A DNA stretch of 64,000 nt from Calcarisporiella thermophila CBS 279.70 (lineage: Eukaryota > Fungi > Calcarisporiellomycota), in assembly GCF_041956535.1 (NCBI RefSeq), contig NW_027192192.1, positions 307,051-371,050 of the forward strand, written 5' to 3'. Shown piece after piece: positions 28,507 through 44,347 of the stretch. The translations under genes and the position numbers were made by a program. The notes below the pieces were generated by a model. That model was not told the DNA's origin. It saw nothing but the letters and a program-made list of their open reading frames with translations, and ran no database searches. Positions within the stretch are counted from its first letter, which is position 1, and each line of letters starts with the position of its first letter.

Positions 28507-28841
28507 TTTTTTTTGATCAATCAATGGAAACTTTTATTTAATTTCCATATATTACATGAAGTTAATGTCAATGGACTTAACGAGATATAGGTCCTTGATC
28601 GATAGACTTTCAATCGATATGCGTGTATCGCAGTTGTCGTGAATAGCATGTACGTGAAACCGATGTAATCTTTTGTACTTATCGTAAGGGCGGTCTTTTT
28701 TTCAATAATCAAGACTCAGCTTCTGATCAAGTGGATAGCAGTCACAAACTAAGAGTAAGTGCTGGTGGGGGAAGTGGGATTCGAACCCACGCCGTTCACA
28801 TCGGCATCCCAGGGATAGTCCACTACACTAACCCTCCCCCC
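28507..28841 (-). mobile_element. tRNA-derived SINE-like retroposon with 16-bp TSD
   Basis: tRNA-like head 28841-28763 (A box TAGTGTAGTGG, B box GGTTCGAATCC, acceptor GGGGGGA/TTCCCCC, A-CCA); ~250-bp body; 3' hairpin 28524-28548; oligo-A tail; identical flanks ATTAAATTTAGATATT at 28491-28506 and 28842-28857. Confidence 0.8.
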
Positions 28842-28922
28842 ATTAAATTTAGATATTATTAATATTTCGACTGCGCCACATTTGCAAATACTAACATTAT
28901 TCTGTGAAACATTTTTTGTAGA

Positions 28923-29006
28923 GGTGATATGGTCGAGCGGTCTAAGACGTTAGACTCAAGTTCTAATCTGCGTAAGCAGGCGTGGGTTCGAATCCCACTG
29001 TCACCA
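28923..29006 (+). tRNA. tRNA-Leu (anticodon CAA), intronless
   Basis: Full cloverleaf: GGTGATA/TGTCACC-A, anticodon arm TTAGA-CTCAAGT-TCTAA, long variable arm, GTGGG-TTCGAAT-CCCAC; oligo-T terminator just downstream. Confidence 0.96.
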
Positions 29007-30422
29007 ATTGTTTTTTCCAATTTTTTTTTATATTTTTATATACTAAACGTAATGATTTGGAATTTATGCACACAGGCTATAAACTTATAAGTATAACAAT
29101 AGCATAGGCAGTAGCGCTAAGATATTCAGTTCAAAATTTTTGTTTATTTAAAAATCAACTTTTTTGACTATTTCTAATCAGAACTTTAATGCAGAATTGG
29201 CTCCGAGCAGAACGATTCGTTTTACGACAAAGTTCTGTGAGAGGCTCCGTGTTTGATATTCTGAATGTTTTTGTGCCATCATCGTTAGTCACCCTCCAGA
29301 CACGAACCCTCACCACCGGAGCATACCAGACTGTGGCTGTTGCATTAATTCCAAGAGATGGAATAATTCCTTATGCATTTGTATCTAATTGCTTGTGACG
29401 AATACCTATTCTCAACCTGTTCCACACCCATTCAGTATCCTGGTGCTTATTTGAGAAGGCGCAATATACCTCAAAAGTTTATCCCAGCAAATGAAATTGT
29501 TTAGCTTGGTTTATTATCAACTTTCACAAGGTTTATTATGTGCACACAACCACAGATATTCGCATTCTTTCTTTAGCACTTATGGCTTTTCTCTCTCACC
29601 TCAACACGCCTAAACTTCTTAAGCCAAAACAATAGCCTTCCTCTTCTGGTTCGCTTCTCTGCGTTTTTTTCCTTGGAATATCGGTTGCTTCTCTCCCCTC
29701 TCGAGAAAATATGCCAGGCTCTGATCTACATCTTTAAATATTTTGTTTAAAGTGCTACGCAATCTTTTCTCCAGCCTGAAGTTTTAGCGCACTGCAGTTT
29801 ACATTATCGGCTCCTCTTCAACAATTAATGAACATAATGAACACCAGGGCCACCGCAGTTCTTGTAGACCAATTTTCGACAGAGTCCTTTCTAGAAGTGA
29901 ACCAAGAGAAGAGGAGAAAGGCAACGATACAGGAACGCGTGAATCATCGTGCTTTTATAACCCGCACTAAATGTAAAAAGAGAAAACATAAAGGGGGGAA
30001 AGAAAATATCCCTCCTTTGCCCGTGCAGCATATCTGCCTTCCGCGACCCAAACTGGTCCCAGTACTGTGTATACTGGAGCCGACTCGGCTAGGTCAAGGG
30101 GTTCGAGTGCTCAATTCTCGTCATGGTATGAGCGGGAAAACCTTACCGAAAGGTAGGCTGGCTAATGTCTTGGTCGAGTGTTCACGCTAGATTTCTATTA
30201 TCATGTTTAACTCGACAACATTCATTCGTTCACCCATTCTATTTCACATCCAAAGAAAAGTTTATGCATTTTTCTTCATCCATTGCAGGAACGGGTCGGG
30301 ACTGGTTTATCATGATCCAAATTGTAGGCTGTAAATATCGATTATCATTTATGTATGATCATAATAATATATGCGTTTAATATCTTCAAAATATAAGCTA
30401 TTTTGTTTTATAATTCTAAAAC

Positions 30423-31225
30423 CTATTTCTGCTTATCAGCACCCCTCTCTAACTTGTCAATTACCACACTTGTCACCAGCTCACGTAGTCGTTCATCCTT
30501 TTCTTCCTCGCCCACGCTAGCAGTCATGATTTCCTCCACACGGTTAAAGAATGCACTTCCATTGGGTATATCATTTTCTTCGCCAGTTGCGTTTTCATCA
30601 TGATTGACTTCTTCATTCAAATGTGAATAAGCTTCTGTGATCTGTGGTGGGACCTCCTCGCCTGTCTTGGACCTTAAATATGCAGCAGCTTCTTCCCAGC
30701 CTTCTTCAAATGCAACCACTGCAGCCTAAATAATAAACTGAGTTAGAAAGGTCGCAACCTTGTATATCGCGATCATATCCTACCGTTTTTCCTTCTGAAT
30801 TCTTAACTGTAGGATCCGCTCCAAATTCCAAAAGCATTTCTGCCATCTCTTTCTCCTCTGCAACATAGAGAGGTGTGTCTCCGCAGTGATCGCGTTGATT
30901 TACATCTGCTCCACGCTCTATGAGGAACTTAACGAGTTCATAGTGATTGTAGGAAACTGCTGCTTGTCTAAAACCAATAACAAAATAGCATGGATTAAAA
31001 TTAACGAAGATATTGTAGTAGTCGGATTAATTCCAATACTTTACAGTGGCGTATACCCAAAGTCATCTTCAGCATTTACATCTATTCCGGAATCAAGAAG
31101 CTCCTTAACTCGATCCAGCTTACCATCCCCTATACTCTTATAAGAATTGATGGATACTTGCAATTCACGGAGAAATTACGATTAGTTTTACCAGCAGCCA
31201 GCCAAATATTATCTGTTGTTGCCAT
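30423..31225 (-). CDS. Small ankyrin-repeat protein (yeast YCR051W-like), 3 introns
   Basis: MATTDNIWLAAGDGKLDRVKEL..VNAEDDFGYTP..AAVSY..GADVNQRDHCGDTPL..GADPTVKNSEGKT; acidic C-terminus. Confidence 0.85.
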
Positions 31226-31355
31226 TGTCCTCTGATATTTTTGAAATCGAAGAAACTAATTTTAATAGTTAAGCAAATATAAAATAACGGTCACGATATT
31301 TTCAGATCGAAAACAGCTCGAAGCCTAAGTTAGATAATCTTCAGCTCTCTCCATA

Positions 31356-32433
31356 ATGGACACTAGCAAAGCTGATACGCCAGCGTTTACATTTGATGTC
31401 TTTAAGCGCATCCAGCCAAGTGAATACATTCGCCGCTTTTTGGAACAGCAAGTACGCCCAGATGGACGTCCCTTAAATCGGTTTAGAAAGACCGCGCTTA
31501 ACACCGGCACAATCACAACTGCCGACGGATCGGCAGTTGCGCGGTTAGGTGGAACTACAGTTGTATGTGGAATAAAGGCTGAAGTTGCAGAGCCAAAAAT
31601 TAATAAACCAAACGAAGGATATCTAGGTATTACTCAACAACGTCCAATGGCTTTTGAAGTGATGTTTAATGCAGTTTATCTTATAGTGCCAAATCTGGAG
31701 CTATCACCAATATGTTCGTCCAAGTTTAAACCCGGTCCACCTATGGAGCAGGCTCAAGTAATGAGTGAACTACTAGATACAGTATTTAAACAGTGAGTCA
31801 TCAATAAATTGTAAGAGACAAAGTTCGAAATTAATATCGATTGTTCATGTATAGGTGCTCAGTGCTACGATTATCAGACCTTTGCATCGAGGAAGGAAAA
31901 GCAGTATGGGTTCTCTATGCAGATCTTTTGTGCTTGAATTATGATGGAAACGTTATTGATGCGGCTTTAATTGCGTTAGTTTCTGCTCTAAAAAACTGTA
32001 ATACCTATGCATATTTAGTGAATATATATAGTTTATTAATATGCTGTCAATTTAGTGCGACTTCCCAGTGCAAGTTATAACGATGGTTTGGTGAAGGCAA
32101 CTGAAGATCGTCCCATCCAAATTCAATTGCAACGGATCCCTCTTTCCTCTACTTTCGCTTTATTTGAGGGGTATGTCTGACCCGCTTTTTATGATAGCAA
32201 TTATCTAGCACTATAATTTAATTTATTGATATTACAGGCAATATCTGCTCAGTGATCCCAATGAGGCTGAAGAGTCTATAACCGAAGAGATGATAACAGT
32301 GGTGGTGGATGAGCGTGGCCAGTTGTGCCACGTGCGTAAAACGGGCGGCTTAAGCACAACACCAGAAATACTTCGGCAATGTATTGAAGCGGCAAGAAGC
32401 CGGTATTCCGAAGTAGAAAAGATTCTTGCATAA
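31356..32433 (+). CDS. RRP43: Exosome complex RNase PH-like subunit RRP43/EXOSC8
   Basis: FKRIQPSEYIRRFLEQQVRPDGR, ADGSAVARLGGTTVVCGIKAE, LCIEEGKAVWVLYADLLCLNYDGN, DPNEAEE. Confidence 0.9.
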
Positions 32434-32662
32434 TATTTGTAAATAAAAGTTGTTTTACAACCATGGTTGTAGTGAAAGGACATTTTTTTTCTCGCATATA
32501 AGTGAGCAAATTAAGCCTACTATAGAGCTGAAAGATTCTGCGCAAATTTTATTTCATTAGCAATCAAAACTTGGTCTTTATTCTCGATAAAAAGCAATAA
32601 AAATTTTTTTGGAAAAAATCATAAATAAATATTTGAAAATCTGCTAGATTAATTCAATGTCT

Positions 32663-33705
32663 CTAGCATGCTATCGCTAGCGCAAGTGGTCCTCCCTTAG
32701 GAGATTTGACTACACCAGCAGAATATTGTGGCATGAACACACGTCTGAATTTGGACGTAGAGTTGCCAATACTACGGTGCCGGACATATCCGGACATAAA
32801 CACAATGCTTCCTGCTTGGATACGTACAGTCACTTGTGAGGATGATTGAGCATCTGTAATAGGAGGATAGAGTTTAGCGAGCCCACGATGAAATTGCGAG
32901 TATTCATCAAGATTATTTGGAGTCACATCTTCGCTATACTCTGAGACATATGGTTCAATGAATAGCGTGCCATTATTCTAAAATTTCTAGATTCAGTACA
33001 ATTTTATCAGTTCCTTAACCCGCGAAGTATTACCTCATCAACATCGTCAAGCGCTATCCAGCAAGAAATTGAAGGAACAACACTTGATATGTTATCCATA
33101 TACTCTGAATCCTGGTGCCACGCAAACTGCGCTTGAGAACTCCTAGGAGGTTTGACAATATACTGCTCATTAAACTAAAAGATTTATTGACAAATTGTAT
33201 AGTATAATATGAAAGAACTTTATAATCATTATCGGTATTTACCAAATATACATTTTCAAACAGCAAAAACTGCTTGGCAATAGCAGGAATTTTTCCTAAA
33301 AGCAGTGATATAACATCTCTATTAATTTGTGAGCGCATGTTTACGTAGGTATCACGATTTGTCTTGTAATCTTTATCATCGGGAGCATCAAAGTATCCAC
33401 AGGAGAGTGTCTCTGCATTATGATGGTAAGCGAAGCATTCAATATTACTTTTGATGAAGCATTTACCTATAACGCATCCCATATCGCAAAGTAAGTCGCG
33501 ATCGTTGTAAACAAAATTAACTAATACATCGCATTCATCGCGAAGTAGTTTGATTTCTGTTTGCGAAAGAACTGTTTATTTGAACAGAGATGAACTATAA
33601 GTTGAAAATAAGGAAGTCATCAAAAAAAATAAGACCATTCTCGCAAATCGCATAGCCTTTCGTGTGGAATTGGTGAATTAGAGAATTCGAGATCCTCATT
33701 TTCAT
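32663..33705 (-). CDS. Phytanoyl-CoA dioxygenase (PhyH)-family Fe/2OG oxygenase, several introns
   Basis: Spliced HQFHTKGYAICEN, FAWHQDSEY (HxD), SCWIALDDVDENNGTL, AGSIVFMSGYVRHRSIGNSTSKFRR. Confidence 0.82.
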
Positions 33706-33806
33706 ATATACAAATTTTTACATTAATTTAAGTCTAGGATTCCATTACTCTTCCTTCGATAGAAAGTCACAATTAAAAGCCACAGAATGGTTTATTTCTC
33801 CTATAT

Positions 33807-35475
33807 CTAATACACTGGAAAATCGCTATCTATCTCTCGAGACCATTGTCTTAGTCCTCCGATAATATCTTTTGATATAATTCCAAATCTTCTCAAAATA
33901 TCGACTGCTAATTGTGAATCATTTCCCAGACGGCATATTACATACACTATCAATATACAGTTAATAAAAGGAAATTTGTAAATATCTTGAATAAATATTA
34001 GCTTACCTGGCTTCGACTCATCTTTTATTGATTCTCTCACCTCGTCGATCCGAGATTCAAGCTGTTTTATAGGCACATTCACACTGCCGTCCAACGCACA
34101 TATTTCATATTGCACCTTCTCACGCACATCGAGCAACAAATGAGGAGATGTGCGGTCTTTGTTATATTCTTGAACCGTAATACGATCTTGTGGTGACAAA
34201 ACTGTTATATCAGGCGTTTTGTCGAGTGCACCTCTTCCACAAAAGGCTACATAGTCAATAAGGCTGCGTTGTGTGGGATTCTCACCACATACACTACAAT
34301 CATGTCGTCGTGCGCGTAACTTGATATGCCGGAACATCGGTGCGGTGGTAGCGGAAAATAGAAGTAGCCATGGCTGCACCTGGTCTAAAGATTTATTATA
34401 ATGAGAATTGAATTCTACTCTGACGAGATAAAACGCTAAAATAACCTTGAATTTCAGCTAAAATTTTGATTGCTTCTAAGGCTTGTAAGCATCCAATGAT
34501 TCCCGGGACTATAAAAATAACAATGAAAATATATCTTATTGATACAGTAGTGAATCAATTCCCATAAATTATTCACATACCAACTCCAAGGACCCCATTG
34601 TCGGAACAATTTTGAACTGTTTCTGGAGGAGGTGGGGTAGGGTATAAACAGCGATAGCATGGCCCACCCTTCCAGTTATATACAGTAAGTTGACCTTCAG
34701 TGCGAAGTGCGCTTCCAGAAACAAGCGGTTTTCCAAGCATAACACATGCATCATTTAAAAGGTATCGTGTTGCTGCATTGTCGGTACAATCGAGGACAAG
34801 ATCATAAGGCTTTATAAGATTGAGAGCATTTGAGCTGTCGATAAGTAAATCATGAACATGTACTGTAACAGTTGGGTTCAGACTAAGAAAAAATTATATT
34901 TAAGTTAGTTCTAGTTGAAGAAATAATGTTAGGAAAAATTGAGTATTACTCTTCAATTGCCATCTTTGCAGAAACGACCTTCGAGATACCCGTACGAGAT
35001 TCTCCATGAATAATTTGGCGATGAAGATTGGATGTATCTACTGTGTCATAATCCACAATTCCAATTTCTCCCACACCCGCACCAGCAAGATAAAGTGCAG
35101 CAGGGGCACCAAGTCCCCCTGCACCGACAATGAGTATCGATGCTTGACGTAATTTGAGTTGCCCTAAATATAATGTTAGCTAGCCGATATTTTAAAACGA
35201 AAAGACAGTATTGCAATAAAAAAACCTTTCATTCCAAATCCATCTAGAATTAATTGCCTCCCATATCGCATTATCTCCTCCTTATTTAATCTATTTTCTC
35301 CTTTGCTCATGCTACTCTTTTCTATGCCTTCATTTTTCCTGGATTCTGGGAGCAAAGAGGATTCTACATTGCCGATTTGTAGCAGTTCCTTTAGCTGTTT
35401 ATTTTCTAATTCGAGCTTTGCAATCCTGGCTTTAAGCTCATCTATTTCATCTAATTTTATCGTATCTGAAGACAT
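33807..35475 (-). CDS. UBA4: Adenylyltransferase/sulfurtransferase UBA4/MOCS3
   Basis: [38 protein letters not shown]; C-terminal rhodanese ICRLGNDSQ...DFPVY. Confidence 0.95.
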
Positions 35476-36528
35476 CGCTTAAAGAGTTTTTAAGTGTGGC
35501 AATTATCTCTACAAACAAATGCTTAAATGCAGCAGTCACAGTCAATTTGACTAACGAATTGCCACACCGCAATTGCATAATTACAAATATAAAGTATATC
35601 AATCGCTCAAATTATATCCAGACATTAAAAAATAGTAAAGTTCGCTGAATGATTATAATAATCATTGAACAATGTACTACACACAGTATTTTCAATAATG
35701 TATTCAAACCATAGTTGAAGGAGAGAAAGCATAACATCAGAGGGATTAAGACGAAGTAAATATGCACATTGTGAATATCCTATTAATATACACATTATAA
35801 AAATTGGAATTTGTTCTCTTGTTTACTGATACTTCGTGTGTCCTTTATAGCTCACAGCCGTTTCATCATGCTTACATAGAACTTGTTGATATACTCCAAT
35901 TCTATATTCTTTCACTCATCTGCTCGTTCCTATAATTCCTCCTTATTCTAAAGAATTAAATTTGCCTTGGTTCCTTAACTGTTTCAGGTCAATTTCAGAA
36001 CTCCATGAAATTAGCCTATAATTCGCAATGCCCCTATTGAATGCTCATTAATTATTTCTTCTATTACCTGGAGTACGCATAAATTAACCCTTTCCAAGGA
36101 TTTATGTATTTTCAAGGTCTTTCTTTTATTTAGCATTTACTAATCTGATTGTATGAAAGAGATGATTCTCCCCTACAAAACTTGTTCACGGAAAAATCCT
36201 ATCGGTATCTAACCTAGGGGAACTTAATAACAGGTACAAGATAATTAAATACAAGGTTTGGTCTTTGGCATAAGGCTTTTGCATATATTTTGTAGGAGTT
36301 GTGACAATTGGAACTAGTATCATATTATCTCATTCCTTTCTATTTCGAGAAAAAAAAAAAAAAGACTGATGGAGTATATGATTAAAATATATGAAATATT
36401 ATATAAAAAAGTACGAGGATAGGTTTAAAATGATAAAATTCTAAAGAAGGGAAAGAATAAAAAAGAGGTCGTGAATTTCTATATCTATGCACAGATTTCT
36501 GAATTTTATTTTATAAATACTCTCGCAT

Positions 36529-40583
<4,055 letters not shown>

Positions 40584-41197
40584 TATGGAATTGAGAAAAA
40601 GAGAAAAATAGAGAAATAGCTATACAAGAAAAGAGGAAATCCAAGGAATTTTCTTCAAGTTTTTTGGCGTATATATTTCGTAGTAATAGCCTTCTTTTTT
40701 TCTTAAAAATTTACAGAGGACATTCGGCGACGGTCTTTTTTAATAACACTAGTTCAACTTCCACTTTGGAACTGAGCAAGTCGGCAAAAAGAAAAACAAT
40801 ATCTGAATGCGTCAACAAGTTACGTCACCACATATCGTTCGGAAATTTTCCTTAACATTAATAGACATGAACGGTCGTTGTATTATTATATTTTTGGCAT
40901 AGTAGCTTAAGATTTTGATAGATTTGTAGATTTCAAAAAGAATTGTAGAGAATAGCAGAATCATTTAATATACGTTAATAATCACTTTTACTTTCTTATT
41001 TTCACGCGAATATTTAACTAATACCGAGAAGTCGAAAAATTATCGGCTCACCACACGAACCACCAATCGATGCGTGAATCGTACCACCAAATCGATTAAA
41101 TAAGAACAGAAAACAACCATTTCGCCTCTCTCTCTCTTTTATTCACAATTCCCTTCCTTTTTTCTTACCAAACTAGAATCATATACGCCCATTCGTA

Positions 41198-42389
41198 ATG
41201 TCGGCTGATCATAAGCAAGACCTCGAGTTCTCCAATGCTTTGCACGGCAAGGCTGAACAGAAAAACTTCATCTCTATTACTGGCTCGAAAAACCAGGAGT
41301 TGCACAAAGAAGCTGTGAGCTCGTATGCCGATTTCTGGGACGGCAAGGATCCCACCAAAGAGACTGAGGAAGAGCGCGCTGGTAGACTGTCTCAATACAA
41401 AAAGCTTACCAATACGTATTATAACATCGCTACTGACTTTTATGAGGTATTTATTTGCTTATTTACTTGCAAAATATACTTCATCATCTCGGTGAATTAA
41501 TGATTTATTTCCACGCTTTTTATAGTATGGTTGGGGCCATTCATTCCATTTCTGCCGATACCATGTTGGAGAAGGATTCCAACAAGCGCTTGCTCGTCAT
41601 GAGCACTGGCTCGCCCTTCAGTTGGAATTGAAGCCTGGTATGAAGGTACTTGACGTCGGCTGTGGTGTCGGCGGTCCTGCACGTGAAATCGGTCACTTCA
41701 CTGGCGCATACATTGTCGGGTTGAATAACAACGATTATCAGATTGAACGGTGTCGCATGTATGCCAAGAAAGAAGGCTTGGAAAATAACTCTGAATTTGT
41801 CAAAGGCGATTTTATGAATATGCCTTTTGAGGACAACACATTTGATGCAGTGTATGCCATTGAGGCAACTGTTCACGCACCATCCCTTGCAGGAGTTTAC
41901 AGCGAGATTAAGCGCGTTCTTAAGCCTGGAGGCAAATTTGCATGCTATGAGTGGGTCATGACCGATAAATACGATCCAAATAATGAAGAGCATCAGCGTA
42001 TTAAGCGTGGAATTGAGCTCGGTGATGGAATTGCACAGATGTGCACTACCAAGGATGCTGTAGACGCATTGAAAGAATCCGGGTATGAGGTGGTCAAATG
42101 TGAGGATCTTGCTGATCCAAACGACCCTATTCCTTGGTACTATCCAATGGCAGGTGAATGGCGAAAAATCCAAAAACTACCTGATATTATCAATGTACTT
42201 CCATCGACTGCACTTGGTCGTTTGTTCACTCAAAATATTTTGCGTGTGCTTGAGGCGGTGCGACTCGCTGCACCAGGCAGTGTCAAGATTGGTAGCATGT
42301 TAGAAACGGCTGCAGACACTCTTGCGGCAGGCGGCAAGCTTGGCATCTTCACTCCGATGTTCTTTTTCCTTGCGAAGAAACCTGAATAA
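41198..42389 (+). CDS. ERG6: Sterol 24-C-methyltransferase, 1 intron
   Basis: YYNIATDFYE|YGWGHSFHF, VLDVGCGVGGPAREI, GLNNNDYQ, YAIEATVHAP, GIFTPMFFFLAKKP. Confidence 0.97.
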
Positions 42390-42791
42390 TCCGTGGTATA
42401 TTCCTAGACTCCGCCCTCTTAATCATTTGTTACTATCGTTCAGATAGGAGGGAAATCAAAATGTTTTTTATTTTCTTTTTATTCATTTGGTTATGTACAA
42501 GGTCTACTTAAATTTTTCCCTAACACACTTTTATTAGTTTTCTATAAATAATAATTACCTTCCCCTAGAGATTTTAAATCCAGTTGTTGAAATATGAAAA
42601 TCAGATAGGTTGGCTACTTAAACAATTAAATAAAATTGAATATACACGGAAAAATACTCCTAATATAAACCACAACCATGATAATGCGTCGGAGTATAGC
42701 CTAGATTTTCGGGAGTGTATAGATATGAAAAATTGCATATTATAATCAGCAGGGTAGTATAATCTCGCTTATGTTGTTACAGGAGAGTATA

Positions 42792-44347
42792 TTATCGCGA
42801 AGAACTTATATCAGATTCGTCCTAAATGTAGTTTGCAATTTAGTCAGATATTTCGATAGAGCCATGAACAGGATAAGATTACCAGAAAGAGGTAGCACCA
42901 TTTGTCAGCTGCCTAAATAAAAGTTCACCCGTTTAGATATTGGCTTGATTGATTAAATATGATTTGAACCTACAATTCTTCGACATCTAGTGATCTCACA
43001 TATCCTTTTCATGCACTTATCTTCGTGTAATTGCTCATCGCCCTCATGTTGCAAAAAATAGAGTTGTGTTGAAGGCATAAATGCCCAAGTTGCTCCAAGA
43101 GCAGGTCGAGTGTTTGTCCCGACAAAATTGCCTTGTGTTGGGCGTCGAACACCAACAGCACCATTAACGAGCTAGGAGAGGTCGAAAAAAAACACGGTCA
43201 TGTTGCATGTTCCATCATTAAATCGAATGAGATATTCCCACCAATATTACAATATTACGGTCCAAACAAAGATCCTGCAGGGCTCTACCGGCCATTGCCA
43301 TAAGCGCATGTCCTAAAAAATTTATCAATTTAAATATTCTATATCTCTATACAGCATATCAAATACCTTGACTTTGTGAAAAAGAGAGTAAGGGAGCAAA
43401 CACAGTTGAAATACAATCGATTACTATCAAACAAAGGTTGCCGTAGAAGCCACTCTTTTCACTCAAATTATCTCCAATCGCTTCAATAACCGCAAGGAGG
43501 GAATACGCGTCAAAACACTGTATATGGTGTATTCTCGAGAGGATATTTTGTGTCGTCTAGACCGTTATTAGATTAGAATTGAAAATCCAAGTAGAAGTTA
43601 GTGGCAAACTTACTAATTCTGGCTCTCTCAAATTCTTAAATTGCTCTGATGTGTTTAACAGGGTCTCCAACCGATTTGCTGAAAAACAGTTAACGGTGTC
43701 AATAAACATCGCGGTGGAATATGGTCGTGTAATTAATGTATTCAGAAGAGTATAAAATGCTAGCTGATAAATGAAAAATATTCGTTATTTAAGCATCTAA
43801 TCGTTACAATATTTCAACTCGCTTACTTGAGTTTTCCCCGAACCCGATGGTCCAGCAAATTCCGAAATCTCTCCAGCCAAAAGCCCTCCTTCAAGAATAT
43901 TGTCGACTCTATAAAAAACGTAAGCTCATTATATTTCACTTGATTGTCAAAATATAGCATACTCTCGGCAACCGGTTGAGAAATATTCCTTTTCTTGCTG
44001 CCACGAATCACCCGTTACTACGACGGCACTACATTCTTTAACTGCCAAACTAATAAGCTCTTGAACATACTTAAGAAACCATTGTTAGGAAAATGATTAT
44101 ATTAGAAAATTGTTTTTAATCACCTCAGGTCGAATTACTAGTTTCGAATAGATATCTTTTTCTTCTCTGAGAATTAAATCTCTATCTACTTGAAGAATTA
44201 AATTCTCGGATGCCAAGCGGATAATATATAAAAAAAAATTTTACCACTCACTATACCGATTGAAGCAAGCTTCTCCAGAACTTCATCCCAAATTCTGTCT
44301 TTCAAATTTTCTTTAGACCTCTCTAATACTCTTCGTAATGTCGGCAT
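42792..44347 (-). CDS. RAD51D: RAD51 paralog, RAD51D-like (about 10 short exons; missed by the ORF track)
   Basis: Spliced exons FSTGC..DNILEGGLLAGEISEFAGPSGSGKTQ (Walker A), FIDTVNCFSANRL, CLIVIDCI (Walker B), GHALMAMAGRALQDL, RPALGATWAFMPSTQL. Confidence 0.8.

Noticed and set aside
28828-28835. CTAACCCT as a telomerase template or telomeric seed
   Set aside because: A single 8-mer that is simply the reverse complement of the SINE head.
28763-28841. tRNA-Sec or tmRNA identity for the tRNA-like head
   Set aside because: No UCA anticodon, a normal 7/5 acceptor-T arrangement, discriminator A rather than G, and no G3:U70 pair or tag ORF.
28302-28857. Three 16-bp direct repeats as a CRISPR array
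   Set aside because: Eukaryotic context, spacers of 173 and 335 bp, and no cas genes; better explained as target-site duplications.
30045-30100. HDV-like ribozyme suggested by GGTCCCAG...CTGG.GCCGACT
   Set aside because: No upstream P1 partner and no P2 complement after a catalytic C-x-A-A.
36148-36180. U6atac-like start TTGTATGAAAGAGA...CTCCCCT
   Set aside because: Lacks the AAGGAGA box and the GGTTAGC catalytic segment; likely chance.
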